Shown: positions 18,430-28,430 of the stretch, one piece after another
How the letters are laid out: each line of letters begins with the position of its first letter
How positions within the stretch are numbered: the stretch's first letter is position 1
Assembly (NCBI GenBank): GCA_963750165.1
Contig: CAVVPN010000001.1
Location: 352,001-416,000, forward strand
DNA: 64,000 bases
DNA from: an uncultured Gemmataceae bacterium
Lineage (GTDB): Bacteria > Planctomycetota > Planctomycetia > Gemmatales > Gemmataceae
Direction: 5' to 3'
Position numbers and translations under genes: made by a program
The notes under the pieces: model-generated
What the model was told of the DNA's origin: nothing
Database searches by the model: none
The model's input: only the letters and a program-made list of their open reading frames with translations

Positions 18430-20631
18430 ATGCCGCGTGCCTACCTTGCCGCTCTGCTCCTCTTCAGCCTCCCATTCGCCCCGGCCCGTGCCGACGGACT
18501 CAAGCCCGAGGCCAAGGTCGTCGAACTGGCGAAGACCGCCAAGCCATCCGTCGTGGTCATCACGACCACCGGCCGCGACGGCAAGCAGCACGGCATCGGC
18601 ACCGGTTTCGTGATCGGGGCAGACGGCCTGATTGCGACGAACCTGCACGTGCTCGGCGAGGCCCGGCCCATCACCGTGCAGCTGGCCGACGGCAAACGGC
18701 ACCCCGTCACCAGCGTCCACGCCTCCGACCGCTCGCTGGACCTGGCGCTGGTGCGCATCGCGGCGAAGGGGCTCGCGGCGCTGCCGCTGGGCGACTCCGA
18801 CAAACTCGTCAGTGGTCAACCGGTGGTAGCGCTGGGCCACCCACAGGGGCTGAAGTACAGCATCGTCAGCGGCATCGTCTCGGGCCGGCCGAAGGTGGAG
18901 GGCCGCGAGATGATCCAGCTGGCCATGCCGATCGAGCAGGGCAACAGCGGCGGCCCGCTGCTGGACCTGAACGGCAAGGTGCAGGGCATCGTCACGCTGA
19001 AGTCGCAGGTGACGGCGAACCTCGGTTTCGCGGTGCCGATCAACGCGCTGCGGGCGTTGCTGAAGAAGCCGAACCCGATCAGCATGGCACGCTGGGTGAC
19101 GATTGGCACGCTGAACCCGGAGGAGTGGCAGCCGGTGTTCGAGGGCAACTGGCGACAGCGGAGCGGCCGGATCGTGGTGGACGGTGTCGGCAGCGGTTTC
19201 GGCGGCCGGACGCTGTGTCTGGCGAAGGCGGAGCCGCCGGCGCTGCCGTTCGAGGTGAGCGTGCAGGTGAAGCTGGACGACGAGGCCGGGGCGGCGGGGC
19301 TGGTGTTCCACGCCGACGGCAAGGATCGGCATTACGGTTTCTACCCCAGCGCCGGCAAGTTGCGGCTGACGCGCTTCGAGGGGCCAGACGTGTACTCGTG
19401 GAAGGTGCTGCACAACGAGGCGAGCAAGCACTACCGGCCGGGCGACTGGAACACGCTGAAGGTGCGCGTCGCGGAGGGCAAGATCCGCTGCTACGTCAAC
19501 GACGAATTGGTGCTGGAGTCGGCTGACCCGGTGCTGAGCGAGGGCAAGGTCGGACTGGCGAAATTCCGCACGACGCACGCGGAATTCAAGCACTTCCAGG
19601 TGGCGAAGCAGGTCAAGCGCCTGACGCCGCCCGCGGCCCTGGTGGCGAAGGTGACGAAGGCGGTGGGCGAACTGCCGGCGCAGGGGCCGCTGTCCGGGCC
19701 GCTGGTCGAGAAACTGCTGCCGGACGCGCCGGACAGCCTGGCGGCGCTGCGGCACCGCGCGAAGCAGCTGGAACAGCAGGCCGCCCGGCTGCGCGAACTG
19801 GCGCTGGCGGTGCACCACCGGGCCGTGCTGAAGGAGCTGGAAAAAGTCGTCGCCGGCAAGGAAGCGGACATCGACCTGCTGCACGCCGCGCTGCTGATCG
19901 CCCGACTGGACGACGAGGAGCTGGACGTGGCGGCGTACCGGCGGCAGGTGGAGCGCATGGCGAAGGACCTGCGGGCGAAGTTGCCGAAGGGGACGACGGA
20001 GGCGGCGCGGCTGGAGGCGCTAAACAGAGACCTGTTCACGGAGCGCGGGTTCCACGGCAGCCGCGGCGAATACTACCATCGGGCCAACAGCTACCTGCAC
20101 CGCGTGCTGGAGGACCGCGAAGGCATTCCGATCACGCTGGCGGTGCTGTACCTGGAGTTGGGCCGGCGGCTGGACCTGAAGTTCGAGGGCGTCGGCCTGC
20201 CGGGGCACTTCGTGGTGCGCTACGTGCCGGTCAAGGGGAAACCGCGGCTGATCGACGTGTACGAGGGTGGCACGGTGCTCAGCCGCAAGGAAGCGGAGGA
20301 GAAGGTGCGGCGCATCACAGGCGAGCCGTTGCAGGAGGCGTACCTGGCGGCGGTGGGCAAGCGGCTGATCCTGGTGCGGATGCTGGCCAACCTGGCGGCG
20401 CTGGCGCGGCGGGACGAGGATCTGGCGTCGTTCCTGCGCTACCACGACGCCATGCTGGTGGTCAAGCCGGACCTGCTGGACGAGCGCTTGCAGCGGGCGG
20501 CGGCGCGGTATCAGCTGGGCGACCGGGCGGGGGCGCTGGCGGACGTGGACTGGCTGCTGGAGCACAACCCGACGGGGTTGGACCGCGAGCGGACCCTGGA
20601 ATTGCGGCGGATCCTGAGCAAGGGGCCTTGA
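18430..20631 (+). CDS. Secreted trypsin-like protease + DUF1080 + SirB1/transglutaminase-like + TPR fusion
   Basis: Signal peptide, TNLHV/DLAL/GNSGGP triad, WNTLKV, NSYLHRVLEDREGIPITL and LPGHF motifs. Confidence 0.85.
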   Translation: MPRAYLAALLLFSLPFAPARADGLKPEAKVVELAKTAKPSVVVITTTGRDGKQHGIGTGFVIGADGLIATNLHVLGEARPITVQLADGKRHPVTSVHASDRSLDLALVRIAAKGLAALPLGDSDKLVSGQPVVALGHPQGLKYSIVSGIVSGRPKVEGREMIQLAMPIEQGNSGGPLLDLNGKVQGIVTLKSQVTANLGFAVPINALRALLKKPNPISMARWVTIGTLNPEEWQPVFEGNWRQRSGRIVVDGVGSGFGGRTLCLAKAEPPALPFEVSVQVKLDDEAGAAGLVFHADGKDRHYGFYPSAGKLRLTRFEGPDVYSWKVLHNEASKHYRPGDWNTLKVRVAEGKIRCYVNDELVLESADPVLSEGKVGLAKFRTTHAEFKHFQVAKQVKRLTPPAALVAKVTKAVGELPAQGPLSGPLVEKLLPDAPDSLAALRHRAKQLEQQAARLRELALAVHHRAVLKELEKVVAGKEADIDLLHAALLIARLDDEELDVAAYRRQVERMAKDLRAKLPKGTTEAARLEALNRDLFTERGFHGSRGEYYHRANSYLHRVLEDREGIPITLAVLYLELGRRLDLKFEGVGLPGHFVVRYVPVKGKPRLIDVYEGGTVLSRKEAEEKVRRITGEPLQEAYLAAVGKRLILVRMLANLAALARRDEDLASFLRYHDAMLVVKPDLLDERLQRAAARYQLGDRAGALADVDWLLEHNPTGLDRERTLELRRILSKGP

Positions 20632-20727
20632 CCCGCCGCGGTCGCTCGCAGTTTTTTCACGAACTGCTTGACGGCCCCGCGGGGCAGGCTCTATGATACT
20701 CCCAGATTGCCAGTCCAAAAACCCTAC

Positions 20728-20812
20728 GCCGAAGTGGCGGAACTGGCAGACGCGCCAGGTTCAGGACCTGGTTCCCGTTAAGGGAGTGGAGGTTCGAGTC
20801 CTCTCTTCGGCA
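20728..20812 (+). tRNA. tRNA-Leu(CAG)
   Basis: GCCGAAG acceptor stem, CCAGG-TTCAGGA-CCTGG anticodon arm, long variable arm, GGTTCGAGTCC; CCA not encoded. Confidence 0.96.
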
Positions 20813-20814
20813 CT

Positions 20815-20850
20815 GCGAAAAGCCTGGAAAAATCCAGGCTTTTTGCTTTT
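20815..20850 (+). terminator. Hairpin/T-tract after tRNA-Leu
   Basis: aaaagcctgga aaaa tccaggctttt followed by T-rich sequence. Confidence 0.6.
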
Positions 20851-20912
20851 CCTGGTGGTAAGGGCACCATTCGGGGGCACCATTCGAGGAGGCATCGCAA
20901 GGGCAACCTGCG

Positions 20913-21974
20913 ATGGCACGTCAAAGCAAACCGTGGTTCAGGGCGAGCAAAAACACCTGGTACGCCACGGTGGACGGCAAGAAAGTTTCACTCGGCGTTC
21001 GTGGCGAAGAGAATCGGAAGCAAGCCGTCAGCGCATGGCACCGGCTCATGGGCGGAATGCCCCTGGAAACGCCTCAGAAGCCGCCGCAAACGCACGAACC
21101 GCCACAAGTCGTCTCGAAATCCGAACGGAAGCCTGCGGGCGTCCAGAGCGTGATTACGTCGTTCCTGGCGGACGCTGAAACCCGTGTCGGGGGCGAGACG
21201 CAACGGGGTTACAGGAAGTATCTCATGCCTTTCGCCGCCCGCTACGGCAACCGGGACGCAGAACACCTGACTGTCTCAGAAGCCGAAGCCTACGTCCGCA
21301 ATCCCGCCTGGTCATCGACTTACCGGGCGAACGTCCTTTCCACGCTCATCACGGCGTTTCGTTGGGCAGAGCGGGAACGACTCATCAACCGAAGTCCACT
21401 GCACGGTCTGCGGAAACCGGCAAGGGCAAGTCGTGGGGCGAAAGCCATCGTCTCTGCCGAAGCCCACGCACGGCTCTGCGAACATGCTGATGCGTTCTTT
21501 CGGGCGTTCCTGCAACTGCTCTGGCTGACGGGGGCACGTCCCGGCGAGATTGCCGGGTTGCGAGCGGAAGCCATCGACCCGGCTCAAGGAGTCGCCGTCC
21601 TTGCTGAACACAAGACGGCTCATCTCGGCAAGGTTCGGGTTCTCTTCCTGTCTGCGGAGGCCGTCGCCGTCTTGGGTGAGCGGCTGGCCCTTCATCCCGA
21701 AGGATTGCTGTTTCCCGGTGAGGATGGGCAGAGGATGACACCGCAAGCGGTCGGATGCAGGCTTCGGCGGTTGTGCGTCAAGGCAGGCGTCAAGCACTGC
21801 ATCGCCTATGGCTTTCGGCACACCTTCGCAACCGACGCCCTTGCCAACGGCGTTCCCGATGCCCAAGTAGCGGCGTTGCTGGGGCACTCAGGGACGGCGA
21901 TGCTTCACAAGCACTACGCCCATCTCGGAGCGAGAGCGAAGGCACTGAGGGATGCTCTCGACAAGGTTCGGTAG
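20913..21974 (+). CDS. Tyrosine recombinase/integrase
   Basis: TGARPGE, HKT, YGFRH, LLGH and HY catalytic motifs; directly after the tRNA. Confidence 0.93.
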   Translation: MARQSKPWFRASKNTWYATVDGKKVSLGVRGEENRKQAVSAWHRLMGGMPLETPQKPPQTHEPPQVVSKSERKPAGVQSVITSFLADAETRVGGETQRGYRKYLMPFAARYGNRDAEHLTVSEAEAYVRNPAWSSTYRANVLSTLITAFRWAERERLINRSPLHGLRKPARASRGAKAIVSAEAHARLCEHADAFFRAFLQLLWLTGARPGEIAGLRAEAIDPAQGVAVLAEHKTAHLGKVRVLFLSAEAVAVLGERLALHPEGLLFPGEDGQRMTPQAVGCRLRRLCVKAGVKHCIAYGFRHTFATDALANGVPDAQVAALLGHSGTAMLHKHYAHLGARAKALRDALDKVR

Positions 21975-22174
21975 CACAGCGAACGAGCGAACGGCGAACG
22001 AACACTCAAACCGTTTCAAGAGCCACGTTCGCCGTTCGCTCGTTCGCCTTCGGAACGAGGCGAAAGCAACGATGCTGACTGCTACCATGCGGGCGGAAAA
22101 GTTCGTTTTTTACTTGCCGCCTGACTTTTCACCCGTACAATCTCTTAAATATACTTCCTTTGGAAATACCAGCC

Positions 22175-22534
22175 ATGCGAACAGCTATCTTTGCGGCGAT
22201 GGTCCTTGTAATCCTCGGTTGCGGCCCTTCGACTCGAAAGAAAGATGAAGAATTGATTGAGCAGGATTACATAAAATCCTTGAAGGTACAGGGAATTTCC
22301 AAAACAGTCAGCAACCCGAACGACCCTTTAGAGCGGCGAAGGAATGGCATTTTCTTCCTGGCCCTGATGACTGGTGCCGTCATACCGCTCTGCAACCACT
22401 GGCAGAGGAACAGGAGGCTTTTCGGCAGAGGGAAGAAGGTAGTGAACGAACAGGAACAGAAGCAGGATCAGCAGGAAAATCGACCTCTCGTGGACAAGGA
22501 AGAACACATCCTGTGGGAAGAGGATGAACAGTAG
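22175..22534 (+). CDS. Hypothetical lipoprotein/membrane protein (element cargo)
   Basis: MRTAIFAAMVLVILG-C lipobox-like N-terminus plus a second hydrophobic stretch. Confidence 0.45.
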   Translation: MRTAIFAAMVLVILGCGPSTRKKDEELIEQDYIKSLKVQGISKTVSNPNDPLERRRNGIFFLALMTGAVIPLCNHWQRNRRLFGRGKKVVNEQEQKQDQQENRPLVDKEEHILWEEDEQ

Positions 22535-23452
22535 TAACATTTCAATTATAGCCCAGCCCGATTCCAACAGGCTTTGTTGCTGGCGACCTTCTTGCAACAT
22601 GCACGGTCGCAAGTATTCCAGAGAGTTTCAATCCGCTGATTTGCCTGCCACCTACTAAGCGTTCCTTGGTTGGTTTGTATTCGGGAGAATGACACCTTCG
22701 ATACAGCACGGGCAATCAACTTTCCCTGATGTCTTCCTAACGCCGTTCTCTTTTTCGCCACACACAATCAAGGAGAACCACCGTCAAGGCGGCACGAGGG
22801 GCGGGAGTATGGAACTAGCGTCTGCGATTTACGGACAAAGTTAGTTAGTTTTGATTTTTGCTACATCAACCCGCTGTCGCCAAACAACGGAAGCACCACG
22901 GCATATAAAAGTGCCAAAACATCGTGCGCAGGGCGACTGTGGTCTGTGGCGTCTCCCCGAAAAGTTGTCAGCCCCCACCGCCCCCACCCCGTAAGACCAC
23001 GCACAGCCCGCCTTTTCTATTCGCCGTTCATAGCGGACAGCAGACACGAGGATACTAATAAACCCCTTACGGGGGTGGTGTAGTGTTTATTCCCCTCGGT
23101 GGTCTATGCTCGTTGCCTTGGTGCTTGTCGGGAATAGTCGCAACGAGCGAACCGGCGAATGGCGAACCCTTTCGTATTCGCCAAAATACAGCCAGTCGGC
23201 TTTGCCCTATGCGGCAGGACGGTAGGATGCCAACATATAAAGTTTTTAATGTTCATGCGTATACTAAACTGAATTTCGCTGCAATGCTTCACTTCCTAAC
23301 AGCAAAAAACACCTGTTGCGATAACTTTTTTTTCTGGCAAAGTGGCTACCTACAAAGAGGCGTGGCAGCGCACAGGAAAGCAAATATACGAAGCCGTGTT
23401 TGGAGTTGCCTGCCAGCAAGCCAAGCACGGCTTCTTCCATTTAGGTGAAAGT

Positions 23453-23890
23453 ATGAACGATAAAGTTTTTGACCCGATGGAGGGTTTCGTAGCCGACAGC
23501 AATAGCGGAGGGTTGCCGCCTGGGAACTACGTCGGCATGTTTGAGGCGGCTGAATACCTACCCGCACAAGAGAGCGATGCCATGAGCGGCGAAGGCGGTC
23601 GCAAATGGGCAAAAATCGCCTTCAAGTGGCGACTCACCGAAGACGCCAGTAACGGCGAACACAAAGGCAAGAATGCCGTGCGTGAGACGCCGCAAAGCAC
23701 AGGCGTCAAGTCCTCCTATGTCCAAGTTTGCGGCTTGGTGATGGGCAAACCCCTGACGCCGAAAGACGCCATCAAGATGAAGCCGTTTGTGGGTCGCAAA
23801 TACCTGCTGACCGTTGGCAACAAGACCGACAAGAACGGCAACCCGACCAACTGGACGCATGTTGTCAATGCGATGTTGATGCCGCAGTAG
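23453..23890 (+). CDS. DUF669-like / phage SSB-like protein
   Basis: LPPGNY..FKWRL..GEHKGK..FVGRKYLLTV pattern; AGGTG before ATG 23453; lies upstream of the primase. Confidence 0.55.
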   Translation: MNDKVFDPMEGFVADSNSGGLPPGNYVGMFEAAEYLPAQESDAMSGEGGRKWAKIAFKWRLTEDASNGEHKGKNAVRETPQSTGVKSSYVQVCGLVMGKPLTPKDAIKMKPFVGRKYLLTVGNKTDKNGNPTNWTHVVNAMLMPQ

Positions 23891-23959
23891 TTCGTTTAAC
23901 CCAAGAGGACGGGCTTGCTCACCGCTTGCCCGCCCTCGCATTCAAGAAAGACAAATCCT

Positions 23960-26185
23960 ATGCAGTATAGTAGTATGGCTGTCGGCGAAAACATTGCCGA
24001 AGCGTTGCGGTATGCTTCCCACGGCTACAAGGTTTATCCCGTGTGGGGCATCAAAGACGGCAAGTGCCTGTGCGGTGGCTTGAAAGGTTGCCGCCCTGGA
24101 AAACACCCGTGGGGCAAGGCAGTTCCACACGGCGAGAAAGACGCCACAACCGATGAGGCGACAATCCGCCGATGGTTCAAGATGCCCGTCGTCAATGTTG
24201 GCGTGAGTATTGACGGCGTCGTGGTTCTCGACCTTGACAAGAAGCATGGCGGTATGGACACGCTCGCCAATTGGGAACGCAAGCATGGTGCGCTGCCGCT
24301 GACGCCGACCGTAAAGAGCGGCGGTGGCGGACGGCATTTCGTATTCAAGCATCCCGGCGTGCCGCTCAACCCGAAGCCCGCACGAGGCGTTGATTGTTTA
24401 TGGGGCAACGGCGGCGGTTGGGTAGTGCCGCCCTCGCTCCACGCATCAGGCAACCGCTACGAATGGCTTGTGTCGTTGGAAACGCCGCTCGCCGCAATGC
24501 CGCCCTGGTTGGTGGAGATTGTCGCCGAGTGCCCGCTGCCGCTCCGCGGCAGCGGCGTGCGGCTTGACGACTTCGACCCAATGGACGGCTTCGTTGATTC
24601 CGTGCCCACCTTCGCTGACCTGGGGATGCTCCCTGCTGGTTGCCGCAATGATGCCGTCAATCGCACCATCGGCAGTATGCTCGGTAATGGCTTCACGCCA
24701 GAGCAAATCACCGAGGATGGCTTGCGCTGGGCAGAAATGCAAGAGTCGCCGTACTCGGCTGATGACCTGCGGGAGAAGGTTCGGCACTTCGGCCGCAAGC
24801 ATGAAGTCGAAATTAACGATTTACAGTATCCGCAAATCGTTCCACTCCATCAGGGCGAGTCGTGTTCGCCGTTCGCTGTTCGCCCTTCGCTATGCCCCTC
24901 CGGGGTTGTAGTTGCCCCCACCCCCATTGCACCGATTGACGGCGAACACTTCTTCGGTCTGCTCGGCGACTTCGTGCGAGCCGTCGAACCGTTCACCGAA
25001 GCAGACCCGCTCGGCATCCTGGTGTGTCTGCTGGGCGGGGTCGGCAATGCTCTCGGCAGAAACGTCCATCATCGCATCGGCAGACGGCACGGCACCAACC
25101 TGTTCGTCATGTTGATAGGGACAAGCGGCAATGACCGCAAAGGCACTTGTTGGGATGTAGCCGAAACGCTCCTTACACTTGCCAACCCTGCTTGGGCCGA
25201 TAGTTGTCTCGAAAATGGCTTGGGGAGTGGGCAGGGGCTTATTGACCGCATTCGAGACGCACAAGGCGATGACGCTGGCGTTCCCGACAAGCGGCTTATG
25301 GTTGTCGAGGAAGAGTTTGCAAAACCGATGCGGTTGATGCGAAGCGAGAGTAGCATCCTGTCCGCCAACCTGCGAGCGGCTTACGACGGCAAGCCGCTGG
25401 CCGTGCTGAATAGGGGCGAGAACCGCTACGGTTGTCGAGAGCCGCACGCCTCCATCGTTGGCATGATTACTCCCGAGGAGTTGCTGGAACAACTTAAAGG
25501 CCGCAGCGAGATGCACAACGGCTTCCTCAACCGCTTCCTGCTTATCGGCGTGAAGCGTACCCGCTACCTGCCGTGCGGTGCGGATTACGGCAAGGTGTGC
25601 CGAGATTACGCCGACCGGCTGCGAGAAGCAGTGGAGCGAGCCGCCGCACTGCGAGAGCCGCTTGGCGTGGCAGAGGATGCCGCCGCTTTTTGGGACGCCG
25701 AATATCGCAGATTGGAAGCCGAACGCCCTGGCAACTACGGCAAGGCGACCGCACGGCTTTCCGTCCATGCCCTCAAAGTGGCTCTGGTCTATGCCGCCCT
25801 TGAAGGCTCACCGAGTATCCGCCTGTCGCATTTACGAGCCGCCTTGTCGCTCATCGCCCACGCAGACCGCACGGCGTTCGACTTGTTCGGCACGGCATCG
25901 GCGGTCGCTCCCTGCGAAGAACCGCCGCACGCCAAACTGCTTACCCTCGCTCGGACTCGCTCGGACGGCATCATCAAGACGGACGCCTTTCGGCTGTTCA
26001 GCAACAAGCGGAAGGCGAGCGAGATTGACGCCGACTTCGCCCTGCTCACGGAGAACGGTTTTGGTCGCTGGGAGGGCACACGCTGGTTTGCAAGGAAGCC
26101 GGAATGCGATATGGGGGGTGGGGTGGCGAATGAGATAAAAGCGGTCTGCGAAACGGTGAATGGCGAAGAGAGGGGGTCGCTTTGA
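23960..26185 (+). CDS. Bifunctional DNA primase/polymerase (Prim-Pol) fused to DUF3987/YfjI-like P-loop domain
   Basis: GKHP, ATTD, VVLDLDKKHGG, GGRH, VVPPSLH, RNDA (PriCT-like), GTSGNDRKGT, VEEEF and GFLNRFL motifs. Confidence 0.85.
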   Translation: MQYSSMAVGENIAEALRYASHGYKVYPVWGIKDGKCLCGGLKGCRPGKHPWGKAVPHGEKDATTDEATIRRWFKMPVVNVGVSIDGVVVLDLDKKHGGMDTLANWERKHGALPLTPTVKSGGGGRHFVFKHPGVPLNPKPARGVDCLWGNGGGWVVPPSLHASGNRYEWLVSLETPLAAMPPWLVEIVAECPLPLRGSGVRLDDFDPMDGFVDSVPTFADLGMLPAGCRNDAVNRTIGSMLGNGFTPEQITEDGLRWAEMQESPYSADDLREKVRHFGRKHEVEINDLQYPQIVPLHQGESCSPFAVRPSLCPSGVVVAPTPIAPIDGEHFFGLLGDFVRAVEPFTEADPLGILVCLLGGVGNALGRNVHHRIGRRHGTNLFVMLIGTSGNDRKGTCWDVAETLLTLANPAWADSCLENGLGSGQGLIDRIRDAQGDDAGVPDKRLMVVEEEFAKPMRLMRSESSILSANLRAAYDGKPLAVLNRGENRYGCREPHASIVGMITPEELLEQLKGRSEMHNGFLNRFLLIGVKRTRYLPCGADYGKVCRDYADRLREAVERAAALREPLGVAEDAAAFWDAEYRRLEAERPGNYGKATARLSVHALKVALVYAALEGSPSIRLSHLRAALSLIAHADRTAFDLFGTASAVAPCEEPPHAKLLTLARTRSDGIIKTDAFRLFSNKRKASEIDADFALLTENGFGRWEGTRWFARKPECDMGGGVANEIKAVCETVNGEERGSL

Positions 26186-26486
26186 CAACGACGCCCTTCG
26201 CCAACGCCTTGATTCAGGTGAACCACTTGACGACGACGACTTCTTGAGGATGCTCAAGGAAATGCCTGACGACAAAACGGCTAAAGACAGCCTGCCCTTC
26301 CTTGAACGATTGGCGCTGCTTTGAGCGTCGGGGCACCCTTGAGGGCACTTTTGAGGCACCATTGGGGCTTGTCGGGGCACCATTCACGGCTACAATACCG
26401 ATGACGCTTATCTGCGATGCCGGAAGCGTTTGCCAGCGAAATCCCTGAAAAACACAGGCATTTCGCATTTGCTGACGTGAGTTTTC

Positions 26487-26537
26487 GGACCTGGTTCCCG
26501 TTAAGGGAGTGGAGGTTCGAGTCCTCTCTTCGGCACT
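26487..26537 (+). repeat. attR of element 1 (duplicated 3' half of tRNA-Leu)
   Basis: Identical to 20764-20814. Confidence 0.95.
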
Positions 26538-26713
26538 TGACGCAGCCGTCGTAAAGGCGGCAACGAACGGCACTTAGGACACATGATCCTGAGTGCCGTT
26601 TGTCGTTGTACAACATCGGTACAACAAACCGGGCATTCGCAGGGAGGTTGAAGGGAGGCTCCTTGACAGCACCGCCGAACCGATCTAGCGGTTCCCTGAA
26701 AGGCGGTGGCAAG

Positions 26714-27811
26714 GTGGCGAGTCTCAGGAAAAACAAGCAGGACGAGTACATCATGTGCTTCCGGTTGGGCGGGCGGCAGTACAACCGGGCGCTCGGCACG
26801 GACGACGAGAGGGAGGCGACTGCCAGGTTGAAGCGGGTGGAAGCGACCCTCCACGATCTCGGCACGGGGCGGCTCGCCCTCCCCGAAGGCTGTCTTGACG
26901 TGGGCTTGTTCGTCATGTCGGACGGCAAGGCGACGGCGAAGCCGACCATGCCGAAGGTCGTCACCGTTCAGACGGTGATCGACGGGTTCCTGGCGGATGC
27001 CGAAGGCAGGGTCAGCCCGGAATGCTTTCGGCAGTACCAAAAGCATCTCCGGCGGTTCGCAGCCAAGTTCGGGAACCGCCCTGCCGAATCGTTGACCGTG
27101 GAGGAAGTGGAAAATTACAGTAAGAGACCCGAATGGTCCCCCTCCTACCGCAACGGCGTTCTCGGCACGGTGGTATCGGCGTTTCGGTGGGCGGCATCTG
27201 ACCGTCGCCGGTTGATCGGGTCGAACCCCATCGCTGGTATCAAGAAGCCGAAGAAGCAGAGCCGGGGGCGAAAGGCGATCATCTCCCCTGCCGATCACGC
27301 CAAGCTGATCGAACATGCCGATGCCGATTGGAAGGAGTACCTGGCGTTGCTATGGGAAACCGGGGCACGACCTGGCGAGATCGCCGGATTGACCGTCGAT
27401 GACGTTCACCTGGCAACCAAGATGGTCATTCTCGCCAAGCACAAGACGGCGGACCAGACCGGGGAGGATCGGATCATCCACTTGACCGATGCGGCAGTGG
27501 CGATCCTCGAACGGCGGCTCGCCACGCATCCCGTAGGACTGTTATTCCCCGGCGAAGATGGACAGAGGTTGTCTGCGAACAATGTTGCCTGCCGGATGCG
27601 GCGGCTCTGTCAGAGGGCGGGCGTCAAGGCGTTCTGCTACTCGTACCGACATACCTACGGGACCGATGCTTTGAGCAAGGGCATCCCGGATGCGGTTGTC
27701 GCTACTTTGATGGGTCACACCGGGACCGCAACCCTCCATCGTCACTACAGCCACCTGACAAGTCGGAATCAGGTACTTCACCAAGGGGCAATCCAGGTCC
27801 GGGCAGGATGA
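26714..27811 (+). CDS. Second tyrosine integrase (paralogue of 20913-21974)
   Basis: TGARPGE, HKT, YSYRH, LMGH and HY motifs; shares LLFPGEDGQR with the first integrase. Confidence 0.92.
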   Translation: MASLRKNKQDEYIMCFRLGGRQYNRALGTDDEREATARLKRVEATLHDLGTGRLALPEGCLDVGLFVMSDGKATAKPTMPKVVTVQTVIDGFLADAEGRVSPECFRQYQKHLRRFAAKFGNRPAESLTVEEVENYSKRPEWSPSYRNGVLGTVVSAFRWAASDRRRLIGSNPIAGIKKPKKQSRGRKAIISPADHAKLIEHADADWKEYLALLWETGARPGEIAGLTVDDVHLATKMVILAKHKTADQTGEDRIIHLTDAAVAILERRLATHPVGLLFPGEDGQRLSANNVACRMRRLCQRAGVKAFCYSYRHTYGTDALSKGIPDAVVATLMGHTGTATLHRHYSHLTSRNQVLHQGAIQVRAG

Positions 27812-27871
27812 GTCTTAGCAAGGTCGGACGACAACCTCGTGCCGCGAAGCGGCACGAGGTTGCTTCCACCA

Positions 27872-28076
27872 TCACGGTTGCGGCAACAAACCCTCGCTCT
27901 GGTATCGCACAAGCTCTTCGTGCGATAGACTCCATTCCAGACTGCAACCACGTCCGCACGCTCGCTTCGTGGCATTCACCCTTTTGAGCCTGCACCACTC
28001 CCGCACGGTGTACTCATCCCGTTCGACCAACTTTGCAAACTCGCCAGTGGTGTAGGCGGCTTTGACCGAAGCTTGG
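27872..28076 (-). pseudogene. Excisionase-like HTH protein, 5'-truncated by IS3
   Basis: [25 protein letters not shown]_17-like motif abutting the IS3 left end. Confidence 0.7.
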
Positions 28077-28430
28077 TGAACCTCCCCACGAATGGTGGAC
28101 ACCCAGTTAAGAGTGTAAACTCTCCTGAGGAGGTCCATCATGGCCAGAACCCGACGTACCTACACCCCGGAGTTCAAGCTCGAGGCCGTCAAGCTCGTCA
28201 CTGAGCAGGGCTACTCCGTCGCCGAGGCCGCACGCTCCCTCGGCATCCACGAGACCCTGCTCCGCTCCTGGAAGCAGGCGCTGGAGGCCAAGGGCGGCCA
28301 GGCCTTCCCCGGCCAGGGCAAGCTCTCCCCCTTCGAGGAAGAGAACCGCCGCCTCCGGGCCGAGAACCAGCGGCTCCTGGCGGAGCGCGACATCCTAAAA
28401 AAAGCGACGGCGTTCTTCGCCAGGGAGGCG
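28077..28430 (+). mobile_element. Partial IS3 copy (IRL + orfA), tandem with the full copy
   Basis: 354-bp duplicate of 28431-28784. Confidence 0.9.

Larger units (their letters stand above)
20764..26537 (+). mobile_element. Complete 5.7-kb integrative element in tRNA-Leu (integrase, SSB-like, Prim-Pol/DUF3987)
   Basis: 51-bp direct repeat of the tRNA 3' half at 20764-20814 and 26487-26537; lower GC. Confidence 0.93.

Noticed and set aside
26487..26537. Second tRNA-Leu gene
   Set aside because: Only the 3' half is present; it is the att duplication.
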